64,000 nucleotides of DNA, taken from Sminthopsis crassicaudata (taxonomy: Eukaryota). Made by a program: the position numbers and the translations under genes. The DNA is taken from NCBI RefSeq assembly GCF_048593235.1, contig NC_133618.1, positions 653,182,361-653,246,360 on the forward strand, in the 5' to 3' direction. How positions within the stretch are numbered: the first letter of the stretch is position 1; every line of letters begins with the position of its first letter. The notes under the pieces are model-generated. The model had not been told where the DNA came from and did not search any database. It saw nothing but the letters and a program-made list of their open reading frames with translations. Of this stretch, positions 12,860 through 24,590 are shown piece after piece.

Positions 12860-15050
12860 ACTTCATGAAGTCATGAAATCCTATCATTAGAAAAACTCTA
12901 GGAGAACATCTCTCTAGCCCAACCAGTACCTGTCCATGAATCCCTCAACATGATACATGACATGTGATCATCTATATCTAGATCCTCCATGGAGGGAGAA
13001 TCCAGTCATCCTAAGGAAGTTTATTCTACCATGAGAAGCTCTTCTTTTTACGGGTAACTTTTATTCCCTTGTTTTTATTTCTCCTCACTGAAACTAAACA
13101 ATCTCTCATTTACATTTACTTGAATTATCACAAATACTTTAAGATGGCTACCATGGCTTCCCAGAAATCTTCTCTTTCCCTTTCCTATACCTTCTAGAAT
13201 ATCCTTATATTTCCTTGTTAACTCAGGGTCTATCTTCTAATCTTCTTTTGACCAACTGATATCTAGCTGTCTCCCATATCTTGTATTTGTGAAGCTAACT
13301 TTTTTTTGAACCAGAGTCATTATCCTCACTAAATATCAGTTATTTAACTTAATGTTCTAGCTGGTCAAGACTTATATAAGAAATGATTTTGTCATTAAAT
13401 ATGGTACTTCTCACTCCCAGCTTTATGGAATTAAACATCTTATCTGTCACTTTATCAAAATTATTTGATAAAAATAATAAAAAATAATAATAAAAAATAA
13501 ATAAATAAAATAATAAAAAAGTTCATATTCTCTGAGTTCACTGGTTCACTGGAAAGTACTTAAGTTAAAACGGAATCATTAGTAGTTTTAAAGTCTAACT
13601 ATTCGAGCAATTACAAGTCCCCCTAAAATGTATGGTAATCTAATCCAAATATCTCCATTTTTCTGCAAGAATGCCATGAAATCTTTATCAAATGTTTTAC
13701 TGAAATCTAGGACATATTTACATATGCCCACACATTTATAAATATATGTGTCTATATATGAATACATAAAAATGTGTACTTATACATGTCTATATTTATG
13801 CCACATGTGTAGATGTTCTTGTTCCTCCTTAGATTTTGAAGCTCAATGACATCATGAAGGTGATTTCTGGACTTTATGGTCTTGTAACCAATATGAGAAA
13901 TAAGTGACACTTGAATCAGAGACTTTTTGGCTTGGATGCTAGCTTTTCATTGTGCTATGCTTTCCAGATATAGGTTTTTAAACAAACAAAAAAATATTTT
14001 TTTTCTCCTTCATTAGAAGTTGTGATACTATTCCTATACGCCCATGCTATATTTTTTTCATTTATCCTTTGTTACCTGCTCTTCATTCTAACTTAGTCCA
14101 TGTCTTTAAAAAATCTAGGTTATGCTGTCAGAATTGTTTGATTCATTGGTTGGTTTTGCTGAATTGCCTTTTTTTTTTTCTTTTTCTTTGTTTTAAAGGA
14201 TATTTTGCTTATCAGGGAGAGGAGAGGGAAATATTCAGGTGATATAAAAATAAGGGATACCAACAATTTTTAAAAAGGTAACTGGCTTGTGAATTCCTCA
14301 TCTACATCAATCACCTTAAACAATTCCCTCCTTTTACTCCTCATCAGGATTGTTGTTCTTTTTGGCTTTCAAACTTCATTTTGAGAATTTCCCATGCCTC
14401 CTGGGCTGCCTCATCTGCTAGAATTTAATCCATGTTGTGCTCCAGAAATCCAGATCTCACTTTCAGAAACCATTTTTCAACTTGCTATTTTTTTCAAATT
14501 TGACTTTTTCTACTAAAACTCTTGCTTTCATTGGGAACCCTTAATGATAACAGTGTGCCTCTATGGCCTTTAGCTTTCTGCCCAAGACTTCATAATCTTT
14601 GTTGATCCATTCCAGGTATCATAATTTTTGACAGTGTTTCTGGCAGTAGGGTATTTGTACACATATAAATCATCAAATTTAGGTAGTAGTTATTTGGTTT
14701 GAAAAGTGCTGGGAGATACTTTATTATTTCTTACACATCTATCATTAGACGACAGTAGAAAATCTATTATTGCTATCAAGTCAACAAATAGTTACCTCAG
14801 CATGGAACCATGAGGCATCATAACTTGTGATTTTTTTTCTTCAAATGTTTACTGGATGATCCCTGTGGGTGGGCTCATCTCATTATTTTTTGAAGGAAGC
14901 CAATGACTTTTTTTTCAGATAATTAAGCTCCTTTCTTTTGGGGAAGAGCTTCATATATGTTTCTTAACTTCAAGTATTCAACGATCCTTGCCTTTTGGAT
15001 TCTTTTTTATTTTTGTTTTTACCTTAAAACTCTCCTTCTTCTTTTGTTTA
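12860..15050 (-). mobile_element. Fragmented CR1/L3 LINE
   Basis: Minus strand near 13590-13710 reads LDFSKTFDK (CR1 consensus LDFSKAFDKV). Near 14350-14420 it reads EAAQEAWEILK. 12860-13050 resembles the L3 3' end. Confidence 0.7.
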
Positions 15051-15569
15051 AGGAATATAAATTCCTGACAACTTAGAGCTTATAGAAGTATTCCCTCAAA
15101 TTATTTTATCTTCTTTTCTGAGAGGGAAGACAGCTTATCTCTTGATCATGGGTAGCAATCATTTGGCAAACATTTAAATGTCACATACATAGGTTGGGTA
15201 CCAGAAAAATCCACCCTTTCACTCCATATATAATGAAATGAGATCTTCAAACCTTATTTTCTTCATACTGGTGAATTCAGTATAAATTTGCAAAATCCAG
15301 CAAAACATTCTTCCATTGGCCATATCCAATAATGTGGCATTCTGAATTTTATGTCCATCATCTTTCAGGCAAGAGGTGAATAGTGTGTTTCATCTTTGGT
15401 CCTCAAGAATTGGGGGCTATGACTGAATTTATTAAGATCTTAATGTCTATCAGAGTTCTAACTATATTCTTTTTAATATCCTTTTCTTTCTACTTATCTC
15501 TTTATTTTCACAATTTTCTCCTTTTAAGATTGATTTATTGATAAAAAAGATAAAAAAGAGAGGGAACTT

Positions 15570-15960
15570 TAGCCTGAATCAGTCAGGGAAAAATTCAGCA
15601 AAGAGTTAACATCAAAGTCTTTTAAGAATAGCTAGCATTTATAAAGGTAAGGGAGATCATTCTGGGCAGGAATAATTGTAGAGAAAAATAATTTTTAGGA
15701 ATAAGGTAGGTAAGAAAGAAATCCCAGAGTGCAGCCTGAAGAAAAATGAAGGCATGGCTCTCTTAGGGACCCTCCTTATATAAAGGTTTGGGGAGGCACC
15801 ATCTAAATTGGAGAGAGAGAGAGATCATGGGAATGGAAGGTACTTCCATCATGTCAAATGTAGGAGGGAGACAGATTAGGAAAAAAGTCAGTGTCAATAT
15901 ATTCAATGTGAAAGCTTCAACTTTAACTTTTCTGTATTCCTTTTGGACATGCAAAACCAG
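15570..15960 (-). mobile_element. L2 LINE fragment
   Basis: Purine-rich degraded L2 ORF2 antisense pattern. Confidence 0.45.
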
Positions 15961-16739
15961 TCTAGAAATTTCCAAATTGAAGGATAACAGTGGAAAACCA
16001 ACATATCAGTCCAAATCAGCTCAATCCCTTTAAATCGTTCTTCTGAATTTCCAGAAATTAATGACTGTCTTGGTATCTATTGGGACCACAGAGCAATGTT
16101 ATATTGTCAGCATAAATGCATTTTGAAGTGTTGCTATTTCTTAAAAGCTATAGTTGTGCTAAACATAATGTTAAATGTTGGAGCTATAAAGTAAGGTGAT
16201 GAATGAAAAATAAATACTTTGAATTTTATATCCAAGATTTGACTTCCTTCCCACCAAATACCAGGTTTACAATAAACATACAGACCAAGTATTTATCCAA
16301 GTTGATAGCAAGCTAGGAATCACAGAAAATATACATATTCCAATATATGTCAAAAATATGGAGTACAGTAGATCTTTAATTGGGAATGAGATAACTTAGC
16401 TCAATCATGAAAGTGTCCTAGTCATTGCTCAAAGATAAATTCCCCAGTCTTTGGCAAGTTGGTGATAGAGACATGATGAATGTTGCTAACTCTTTTTCTG
16501 TCAGCTTCTTCCCTGAAATTTCTTCTCCTTTCAACAACTTGAAGTGGGGCCATCATTGTTCATCTTTTCTCTTAAATCTGGAAGCCAGAAGTACTTGAAG
16601 TGAGCACAAACCTGAAGAGTTTCAAGAGACAGAAGAGTCAAGGAGTTCACTCTCTTACTGTACAATTCCACCCTGCCTCTCTTAAGGGTACAGGGGATTA
16701 GACTCAACTAAGGAGAGAGTCTCATACCAATGAACTTTG

Positions 16740-17630
16740 GAGCTAAAGATATACAAGGAACTAGGTGGATTAAAGTATAGAAAGAGTAAGTAAGGTAATC
16801 TCAGAGAGCAAGGAACTATAGCTATGGGGACTTGGAAAGATCTCCTATAGAAGGTAGAATTTTAGCTTAGTCTTGAAGGGAGCCAGGAAAACTAAGAAGA
16901 TGACAGAAAACATTCTAGGAATGGAAAAAAAAAACAACAGTACATTTATGGATATGAGGGACAGATTTATCTTCATGATAAAGAGTGGGTCAGCAGATCT
17001 GGGTCATAGAGTGTGTGGATGGGAGTAAAATATCATTTGTCTAGCAATGTAAAAGGGCAGCAGTTTATGAAGAGCTTTAGATACCTAATAGTGAAATTGA
17101 TATTTTATTCTAGAGATAATAGTTAACCTCTGAAGTTTATTGAATAGAGTGGTATTATGATTAGACCTATATTTTGGAAAATCGCTTTGGCAGATGTATT
17201 GGTGTAGAGAAAGACTTGTGGCACAGAATGATTTAAGGGGATTTAGAAAAGACTAGGTAAAAGGCAAAAAAGTTTTGAACTAGTTTGGTAGCTAGGTGAA
17301 TAGAGAAAATACACAGATAAAAGAAGTGTTACAAAATCAAAAATAACAAGATTTGGCAACTGCTTGGAAATATGAGGCAAAGGAAAGAGTCAAGAATAAA
17401 GGCAACCTTGGAAGTCTAGGAGGATAGGAGTGCCCTTGACTATAATAGGAAAGCTCAGAAAATTAGTGAGTTATGGGGAAAAGAATGAATTCTGTTTTAG
17501 GCATCTTGAGTCTTAAATGATTACAGGACAACCAGTTCAAAGTATCCCAAAAGACAGGATGGTATTGAAGTACTGAAATTTAGAAGATAAATGAAGACTA
17601 GATGTAAAAACCTGGGAATCATCTTGATAA
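16740..17630 (-). mobile_element. L2 LINE fragment
   Basis: Typical antisense L2 signatures: tagcttagtcttgaagg, gaagagctttagatacc, ctgaagtttattgaatag, ttggaaaatcgctttggcag. Confidence 0.7.
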
Positions 17631-17644
17631 TCATGAAAATTATA

Positions 17645-19470
17645 TTCATGATTGCACATGTTTAACATATATTGAATTACTTCCCATTTAAGGAAGGGAG
17701 TTAGGGAAGCGAAGGAAAACTTTGGAACAAAAGGTTATGCAAGAGTTAAATGTTGAAAATTGTCTATGCACAGGTTTTGAAAAAAAAAGCTTTAATAAGA
17801 GAAGAAAAGAGATTAAAGAAATTAGAGTTGGTAATAAGAAAACCAAATTATCACTCTTTACAGATGATATGATAGCATACTTAGAGAACACTAGAGAATC
17901 AACTAAACATTACTGGAAACAATTCACAACTTTAGCAAAGTTGCAGGATACAAAATAAATCCATATAAATCATCAGCATTCTTATATATTACCAATAAAG
18001 GCCAACAGTAAGACATGCAAAGAAAAAATATATTTAAAATAATTTTAAAATTCTATTTAAAATTTAAAATTAATAATGTAAAATATTTGGGAGTCTACCT
18101 CCCAAGACAAAGTCAGGAACTATATGAACACAACTACAAAACACTTTCCACACAAATAAAGCCAGATCTAATTAATTGGAAAAATATCAAGTGCTCTTGG
18201 GTAGGCTGAGCTAATAGAATAAAAATGACAATACTACCTAAATTAATCTACTTATTTAGTGCCATGCCAATAAAACTCCCAAGAAATTATTTTGAATTCA
18301 GAAAAAAAATAATAATAACAAAGTTCATCTGGAAGAAAAAGGTCAAGAATTTCAAGGCAATTAATGAAAAAAAAATCAAATAAAGGTGGCCTAGCTCTGC
18401 CAGATCTAAAACTATATTATAAAGGAGGGATCATCAAAACCATTTAACAGGACAAAATAATCAATGACTATAGTAAACTAGTGTTTGACAAACGTCAAAA
18501 CCCCAGCTTTTGGGACACAAACTCATTATTTAAAAAAAAATTCTGTGAAAATTGAAAACTATTATGGCAGAAACTAGGCACTGACCCACACCCACCCTAT
18601 ACTAAGATAAGGTTGAAATGGGTTCATGATTTAGACATAAAGAGTGATATTATAAACAAATTAGAAGAACAAAGGATAGTTTACCTCTCAGATCTGTGGA
18701 GAAGGAAGGAATTTGTGGCCAAAGAAGAACTGGAAATCATTTTTGAACAAAAAATGAAATTCGGTTATATTAAGTTAAAAAGTTTTGTACAGACAAAACT
18801 AATACAGACAAGATTAGAAGAGAAGCAATAAAGTGGGAAAACATTTTACATTCAGTGGTTCTGATAAAAGCCCCACTTCTAAAATATATAGAGAATTGAT
18901 TCAAATTTATAAGAATTCTACCTATTCTCCAGTTGATAAATGGTCAAAGAACTGGAGAGACTTACATGAACTGATGCTGAGTGAAATGAGCAAAACCAGG
19001 AGATCATTGTACACAGCAACAACAAGACTATATGATCATTAATTCTGATGGATGTGGCTCTCTTCAATAATGAGATGATTCAGGGCAATTCCAATGATCT
19101 TGTGATGAAGAGAGCCATCCACACCCAGAGAGAGGACTATAAGAACTGAGTGTAGATCACAACATAGTATTTTCACTTATTTTGTTGTTTGCTTGAATTT
19201 TATTATCTTACATTTTTTTCTTTTTGTTCTGATTTTTCTTGTGTAGCAAGATAATTGTATAAATATGTATGCTTATATTGGATTTACATAATTTTTTTTT
19301 ACCATATTTAACATATATTGGATTACTTGCCATCTGGAGGAGGGAGAAGAAGGGGGAGAAATTAGGACACAAGGTTTTGAAATGGTCAATGGTGAAAAAT
19401 TATCCTTGCATATGTTTTGAAAATCAAAAGCTTCAATAAAACAATTTAACAAAACAAAACTAAACTAAAA
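17645..19470 (+). mobile_element. Composite LINE-1: 3'UTR fragment fused to ORF2 RT, with internal deletions, ending in 3'UTR and A-rich tail
   Basis: RT motif KLSLFTDDMIAYLEN (FADD box), then INNVKYLGVYLP, and DKWSK joined directly to WRDLHELMLSEMS. Ends aagcttcaataaa plus an (AAAAC)-like tail. Confidence 0.92.
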
Positions 19471-19499
19471 TGCAAATAACTAGGAATATATCAAAAAAC

Positions 19500-19855
19500 A
19501 TATACATGGACTATTTTCAACATTCATCCTTGTGAAGTCTTATGGCCCAAATTATTTCCCTCTCTTCTCCTCATCTCCTCCCCTAGTTGGCAAATAATCC
19601 AATATATATTAAACATGTACAATTCTTCTACACACATTTCTGCAAATATGTTGTGCAAGAAAAACCAGATCAAAAGGGGGAAAAATGAGAAAGAAAACAA
19701 AATTCAAGCAAACAACCTAAAAAAAATGAAAATACTATGTTGTGATCCACATTCAGTCCCCATAGTTTTCTCTCTGGGTACAGATGGCTCTCTCCATCAC
19801 AAATCTATTGGAATTGACCTGAATCACCTAGCTGTTGAAAAGAGTCATGTTATGG
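19500..19855 (-). mobile_element. LINE-1 3'UTR fragment
   Basis: Reverse-complement homologue of 19080-19430 (gatcacaacatagtattttca, gagagccatc). Confidence 0.88.
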
Positions 19856-19864
19856 TTATGTCAT

Positions 19865-20080
19865 TTTAATTGTGTATGACTCTTGATGATCCTATTTTCT
19901 TGGCAAAGATACTGGAGTGGTTTCCCATTTCTTCTCCAGTTCATTTACAGATAAGGAAAGAGAGACAAATAGGATTAAGTGACTTGCCAAGGGTCACAAA
20001 GCTAGTTAGTTAAGTGCCTGATATTTGATTTGACTCAGGAACAAGAGTCCTCTATCCAGTTCATCATCTAGCTGCCCTAG
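19865..20080 (-). mobile_element. MAR1-like SINE
   Basis: ttttcttggcaaagatactggagtggtttcccatttcttctccag...aagtgacttgccaagggtcac. Confidence 0.85.
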
Positions 20081-20089
20081 TTTATGTAT

Positions 20090-20960
20090 GTTAAGTCATG
20101 TGAAACATATTTCCATATTAGATACCTTATCAAAGAAATCACAGATGAAAGAACAATAAGAAAAATAAAGTTTAAAAAATTTGCTTCCATCAGCATTCAC
20201 ACTCTATCAATACTTTCTTTGGAGGTGAATAGTATTTTTCATCATAAGTCCTTCAGAATTGTCTTGAACCATTGTATTAAGTATTCATGATTGATCATTG
20301 TACAAAATTGCTGTTACTGTGTACAATGTAGTCTTGGTTCTGCTCACTTTTCATGAGTTCATTAAAGTCTTCCTAGGTTTTTCTGAAAATATTCTACTTG
20401 TCTTTTCTTATAGCAAAATAGAATTCCATTACAACTATATACCACAACTTGTTCAGCCATTTCCTAATTGATGAATATCCCTTCGATTTCCAAATTCCAA
20501 TTCCAATTGAATATCCATTCAATTTCAATTTCACTACAAAAATAACTGCTTATAAATATTTTTTGTATGATTCAAACCTTTTTCCCTTTCTTTGATCTCT
20601 TTGGGATATAGACCTAATACTGGTATTGCTAGACCATAGGATATGCAAAGTGTTATAATCCTTTGAACATAGTCCACAACTACTTCACGACTCCACCAAT
20701 AATGCACTTATTTCCTTATTTTCCCACATCACTTTCAGTATTTGTTATTTTCTTTTCCTGTCATATTAGCCACTTTGATTGATGACATGGTATCTTAGAG
20801 CTATTTAATTTGTATTTCTTTGATCAATGGTGACTCAGAGAATTTTTTAATATGACTATAGGTAGATTTTATTTTTTGTCTGAAAATTGAAAACAAAAAA
20901 CATATTTTTGATCATATATCAATTGGGGAATAACTCATATTCTTACACATTTGACTCAGT
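20090..20960 (-). mobile_element. Older LINE-1 ORF2 C-terminus and 3' end
   Basis: accacaacttgttcagccattttcctaattgatg and ctctttgggatatagacctaatactggtattgctag are the reverse of L1 ORF2 C-terminal motifs. Confidence 0.8.
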
Positions 20961-21096
20961 TTTTGACATATTTGGGAAATCACTTGTTTAAGAGTGATGC
21001 AACTCTTGAGACTGCTTTTGGGATTTCTAAATTTCTATCTTATGATCTGCTCAAGGATCTGAGGGCTAGCTCACTCTAAATGGACTCTCTTCTCTT

Positions 21097-24000
21097 AAAG
21101 ATAGCAGAGAAAAGGAAGTATTCACCTGAGATCTTCTCCAAATCCCTGTGAACACCTTAAAATAATGCCATAAAACAATTTTTGGGTCAGCAGAACCCAC
21201 AAAAAGATGAGTAAAATACCTTTTCAGTCAAAGACAACTTAAAGTCCCACCTGGATGAGAATAGAGCACAGTTCAGCACAAGCCATGGCAGTACAGACCT
21301 AGCAAACTAGGAGCAATCCTTGGGGATAATCATCAGTGGCAGCAACTGCTCCCCAAACTCTCAGTTCACAGATGGTAAATGGTTCAGACATATAGTCAGA
21401 ACAAGGTTACAGGGCTCTCTTTGTTAATTCTGAACACCGCAGAACTCTTTTGCTTTGCCCAAACTCAGATCCGGGTTGTTGTCCTGGGGCAAGAAGAAGA
21501 AGGAACACATTGGAGTTTGTGTCCATAGTGAAGCAGGGACCCTTCTCACAGTTGCAGAACAGAAAAGAGTGCTTGTGATCAGTCACAGACAAGAGCATGG
21601 GCCAGGAAAGTAGTAACACAGCTCTTGTTAAATCATACTACCTTGGAAGAACTGAAAATTCACAGATTCCTAGAAGTATCTCTGAAAAACCCCTGATACC
21701 TGAAATAGGGTGCCTTCCACCCTGGAAGCAGAGCCCTATTTTGTCAGAGTTTAAAGTCAAGGAATAGGCTAGTAAATGAGCAAACAACAACAAAAAAATT
21801 CTGATCATAGAAGGCTACTATAGTAGCAAAACTTGGGAAAAAATAACAAAGTCAAACTTCTATATCTGAAGCCTCCAAGAATAATTTGAATTGATCTTAG
21901 ACCATGGAAGACCACAAAAAGAATTTTGAAAATCAAGTAAGAGAGGTAATGGAAAAATTGAAGATAAATAAGAATAATGCAAGAAAATCATGAATAACTA
22001 GTCAACAGTTTGCTAAAGAAGACATAAAACAATACTGAAGAAAATAACACCTTAAAAACAGATTAAGCTATATAATAAATAGCAAAAAAAAATAGTTTAA
22101 AAATCAGTGAAGAGAAGAATTCTTTAAAGAGGCAGAATTGGCCAAATGGAATAATATTGTGAATACAATGTGTTCAATTATTATATATGCTTTCTTGAAA
22201 TGGAAATATATTGATATTTTGAGTCCTCTCATGTTCTGCTTTGGACATGGGAATTTTTTCCTTTTTTGTTTTTTTCTGGTTTTATTTGCCGTTTTTTTTT
22301 AAAGAGAGGTTCAAAATTCATCAAAGGGGAAAAAAATCCTCAAAATTTAGAATTGGCCAAGTGGAAAAGGAGATACTGAAGAAACTAATTACTTAGAAAT
22401 TATAATTGAGCAAATCGAAGCTAATAATTCTATAAGAAATCAAGAAACAATAAACCAAAATCCAAAGCATAAAAAAATAGAAGACAATATAAAATATCTC
22501 ATTGGACAAACAACTAATCTGGAAAATAGATTCAGGAGAGATCATTTAAAAATTATCAGGCTACCTGAAAGCTATGATCATAAAAAACAAACAAACAAAC
22601 AACAAACAAACAAACAAAAAAAACCCTAAACATCTTTCAAACAGAAAATAAGGAAAACTGCACCAATATTCTAGAGCTAGAGGGTAAAATAAAAATTGGA
22701 AGAATTCACTGATCATCTCCTGAAAGAGATCTCAAAATGATCCCAAGAATGTAATAGTCAAATTCCAGATTTCCAGGTCAATGTTGGAAAATATTACAAG
22801 CAACCAGAAAAAAGCAATTCAAGTATCAGGGAGTCATAGTCAGGATAATATAAAATTTAGTATCTTCTACCATTAAAGAATCATAGGGCATGAAAGGCAA
22901 AAGAACTAGTATTACAATCAAGAATTATGTGCCCAAAAAACCTGATTATAATTCTTCATGGAGAAAATGGATTTCAATGAAATAGAGGATTTTCAAGTAT
23001 TCTTGATGAAAAGATCAGAGATGAATGAATATTTGACTTTCAAAATCAAGACTCAAGAGAAGCATAAAAGGGTAAAAAGGAAAGGTAAATAATAAGGGAC
23101 TTAAGATTAAACTGTATGTAAAATTTACATTCCTACATCATAAGATCATACTTGCAACTCATAAGAACTTTCTTATTATTAGGGAAATTGGAAGGAGTAT
23201 ATATAGACAGAGGACACAGGTTTAAATTGAATCTGAAGACATGATAATTAAAAAAATAAAATTGAGGGGTGGCAGAAAAGTAAAGGGAGAAATAAAATGG
23301 GGCAAATTATCTTACATGAATGAGCAAAGAAAAAAAATTATAGTAAAAGGGAGCAGGAAGGAGGTAAGGGAGAGTGAATGAATCTTACTTTCAAAATAAT
23401 TGGCTCAAGGAAGGAATAACAGATACTCAACTGAGTATAGAAATTTATTTTATCCAATAGGAAAGTAAAAAGGAAAGAAGATAAGAAAAAGAGTAGAGCC
23501 ATAGAAGGAAGGTCAAACTTGAGGAGGAGATGGTCAAAATAAAAACATTTTTGAGAAGGGATGGGGTGAAAGGAGAGAGAGAATAGAATAAATGGGGGGA
23601 TAGAATGGAGGAAAATACAATTAGCAATAGTAACTTGTGGGGGAAAATGAAGTAAGTTTCTCTAATAAAGGTCTTATTTCTAAAATATATAAAGAACTGA
23701 GTCAAATTTATAAAAATAAGATCTATTCCCCACATCATCCATAGCCATATGAAAAAATGCCCCAACTCACTCTTGATTTGGGAAATGCAGATTAGAACAG
23801 TTCTGAAATACTACTTCATACCTATTAGACTGGTTATTTGGAGAGAAAAAATGGCAAATATTGGAGGGAGTATGGGGAAAATGAGACATTAATGAGCTAT
23901 TGATGGAGTTGTGAAGTGATTCAACAATTCTATAAAACGATTTGGAACTATGTCTAAAAAGCTAGAAAATCATGCATATCCTTTGACCTAGCAATACCAT

Positions 24001-24590
24001 TGTTAGGTCTATACCCTAAAAGGGATAAAAACCCAAAAAAAAGTATCTGTAAGTCAAAATGACAAAATATTTACAGTAGCTCTTTTCTCAGGGCAAAGAA
24101 TTGGAAACTGAGGAATGGGTGAACAAATTGTGACATGTCATTATGATGAAATATGTGTTCTAAGAAATGATAAGCAGGATATTGCTCAGAAAAACTGGAA
24201 AGAATTCTATGAACTGATGCAAAGTGAAATACACTGTGTACAAAGTAACAGTACTATATTAAGATGATAAAGTGTGACTGACTTCACTATTTTCAGGAAT
24301 ACAATGATCCAACACAACTCTGAAGAACTTATGATAAAAAATGCTATTCTTCCCCATAGAAAGAACAATTTGTGACTGAAGATAAATTGAAGAAATTTTT
24401 CTTGAGTTCTTTTCCAAAGTCTACGTTTTCTTTCATGACTAATATGAAAATATTTTGCATGACTACACATGTATAACATATCAAATTGTTTGCCTCCTCA
24501 GTGAGGTAGGGTAGGAAAGGAGGAAGGAAGATAATTTTGGACTCAGTTTTGAAAACAAATGTAACTGGGGGCAAATAAAAAAACTAAATA
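21097..24590 (+). mobile_element. HAL1-like LINE-1 derivative: 5'UTR, ORF1, spacer, ORF2 C-terminus only, 3'UTR
   Basis: 5' start aagatagcagag and ORF1 ATG at about 21776 with degraded ORF1 motifs (gaagaattcactgatcatctcctgaaagag). After the spacer, at about 23635-23660, the sequence jumps to tctaataaaggtcttatttctaaaatatat (S.KGLISKIY). No EN or RT motifs are present. Confidence 0.8.

Noticed and set aside
12513-12887. Acidic/Met-rich and His-rich ORFs
   Set aside because: Translation of a degenerate triplet repeat plus antisense MIR.
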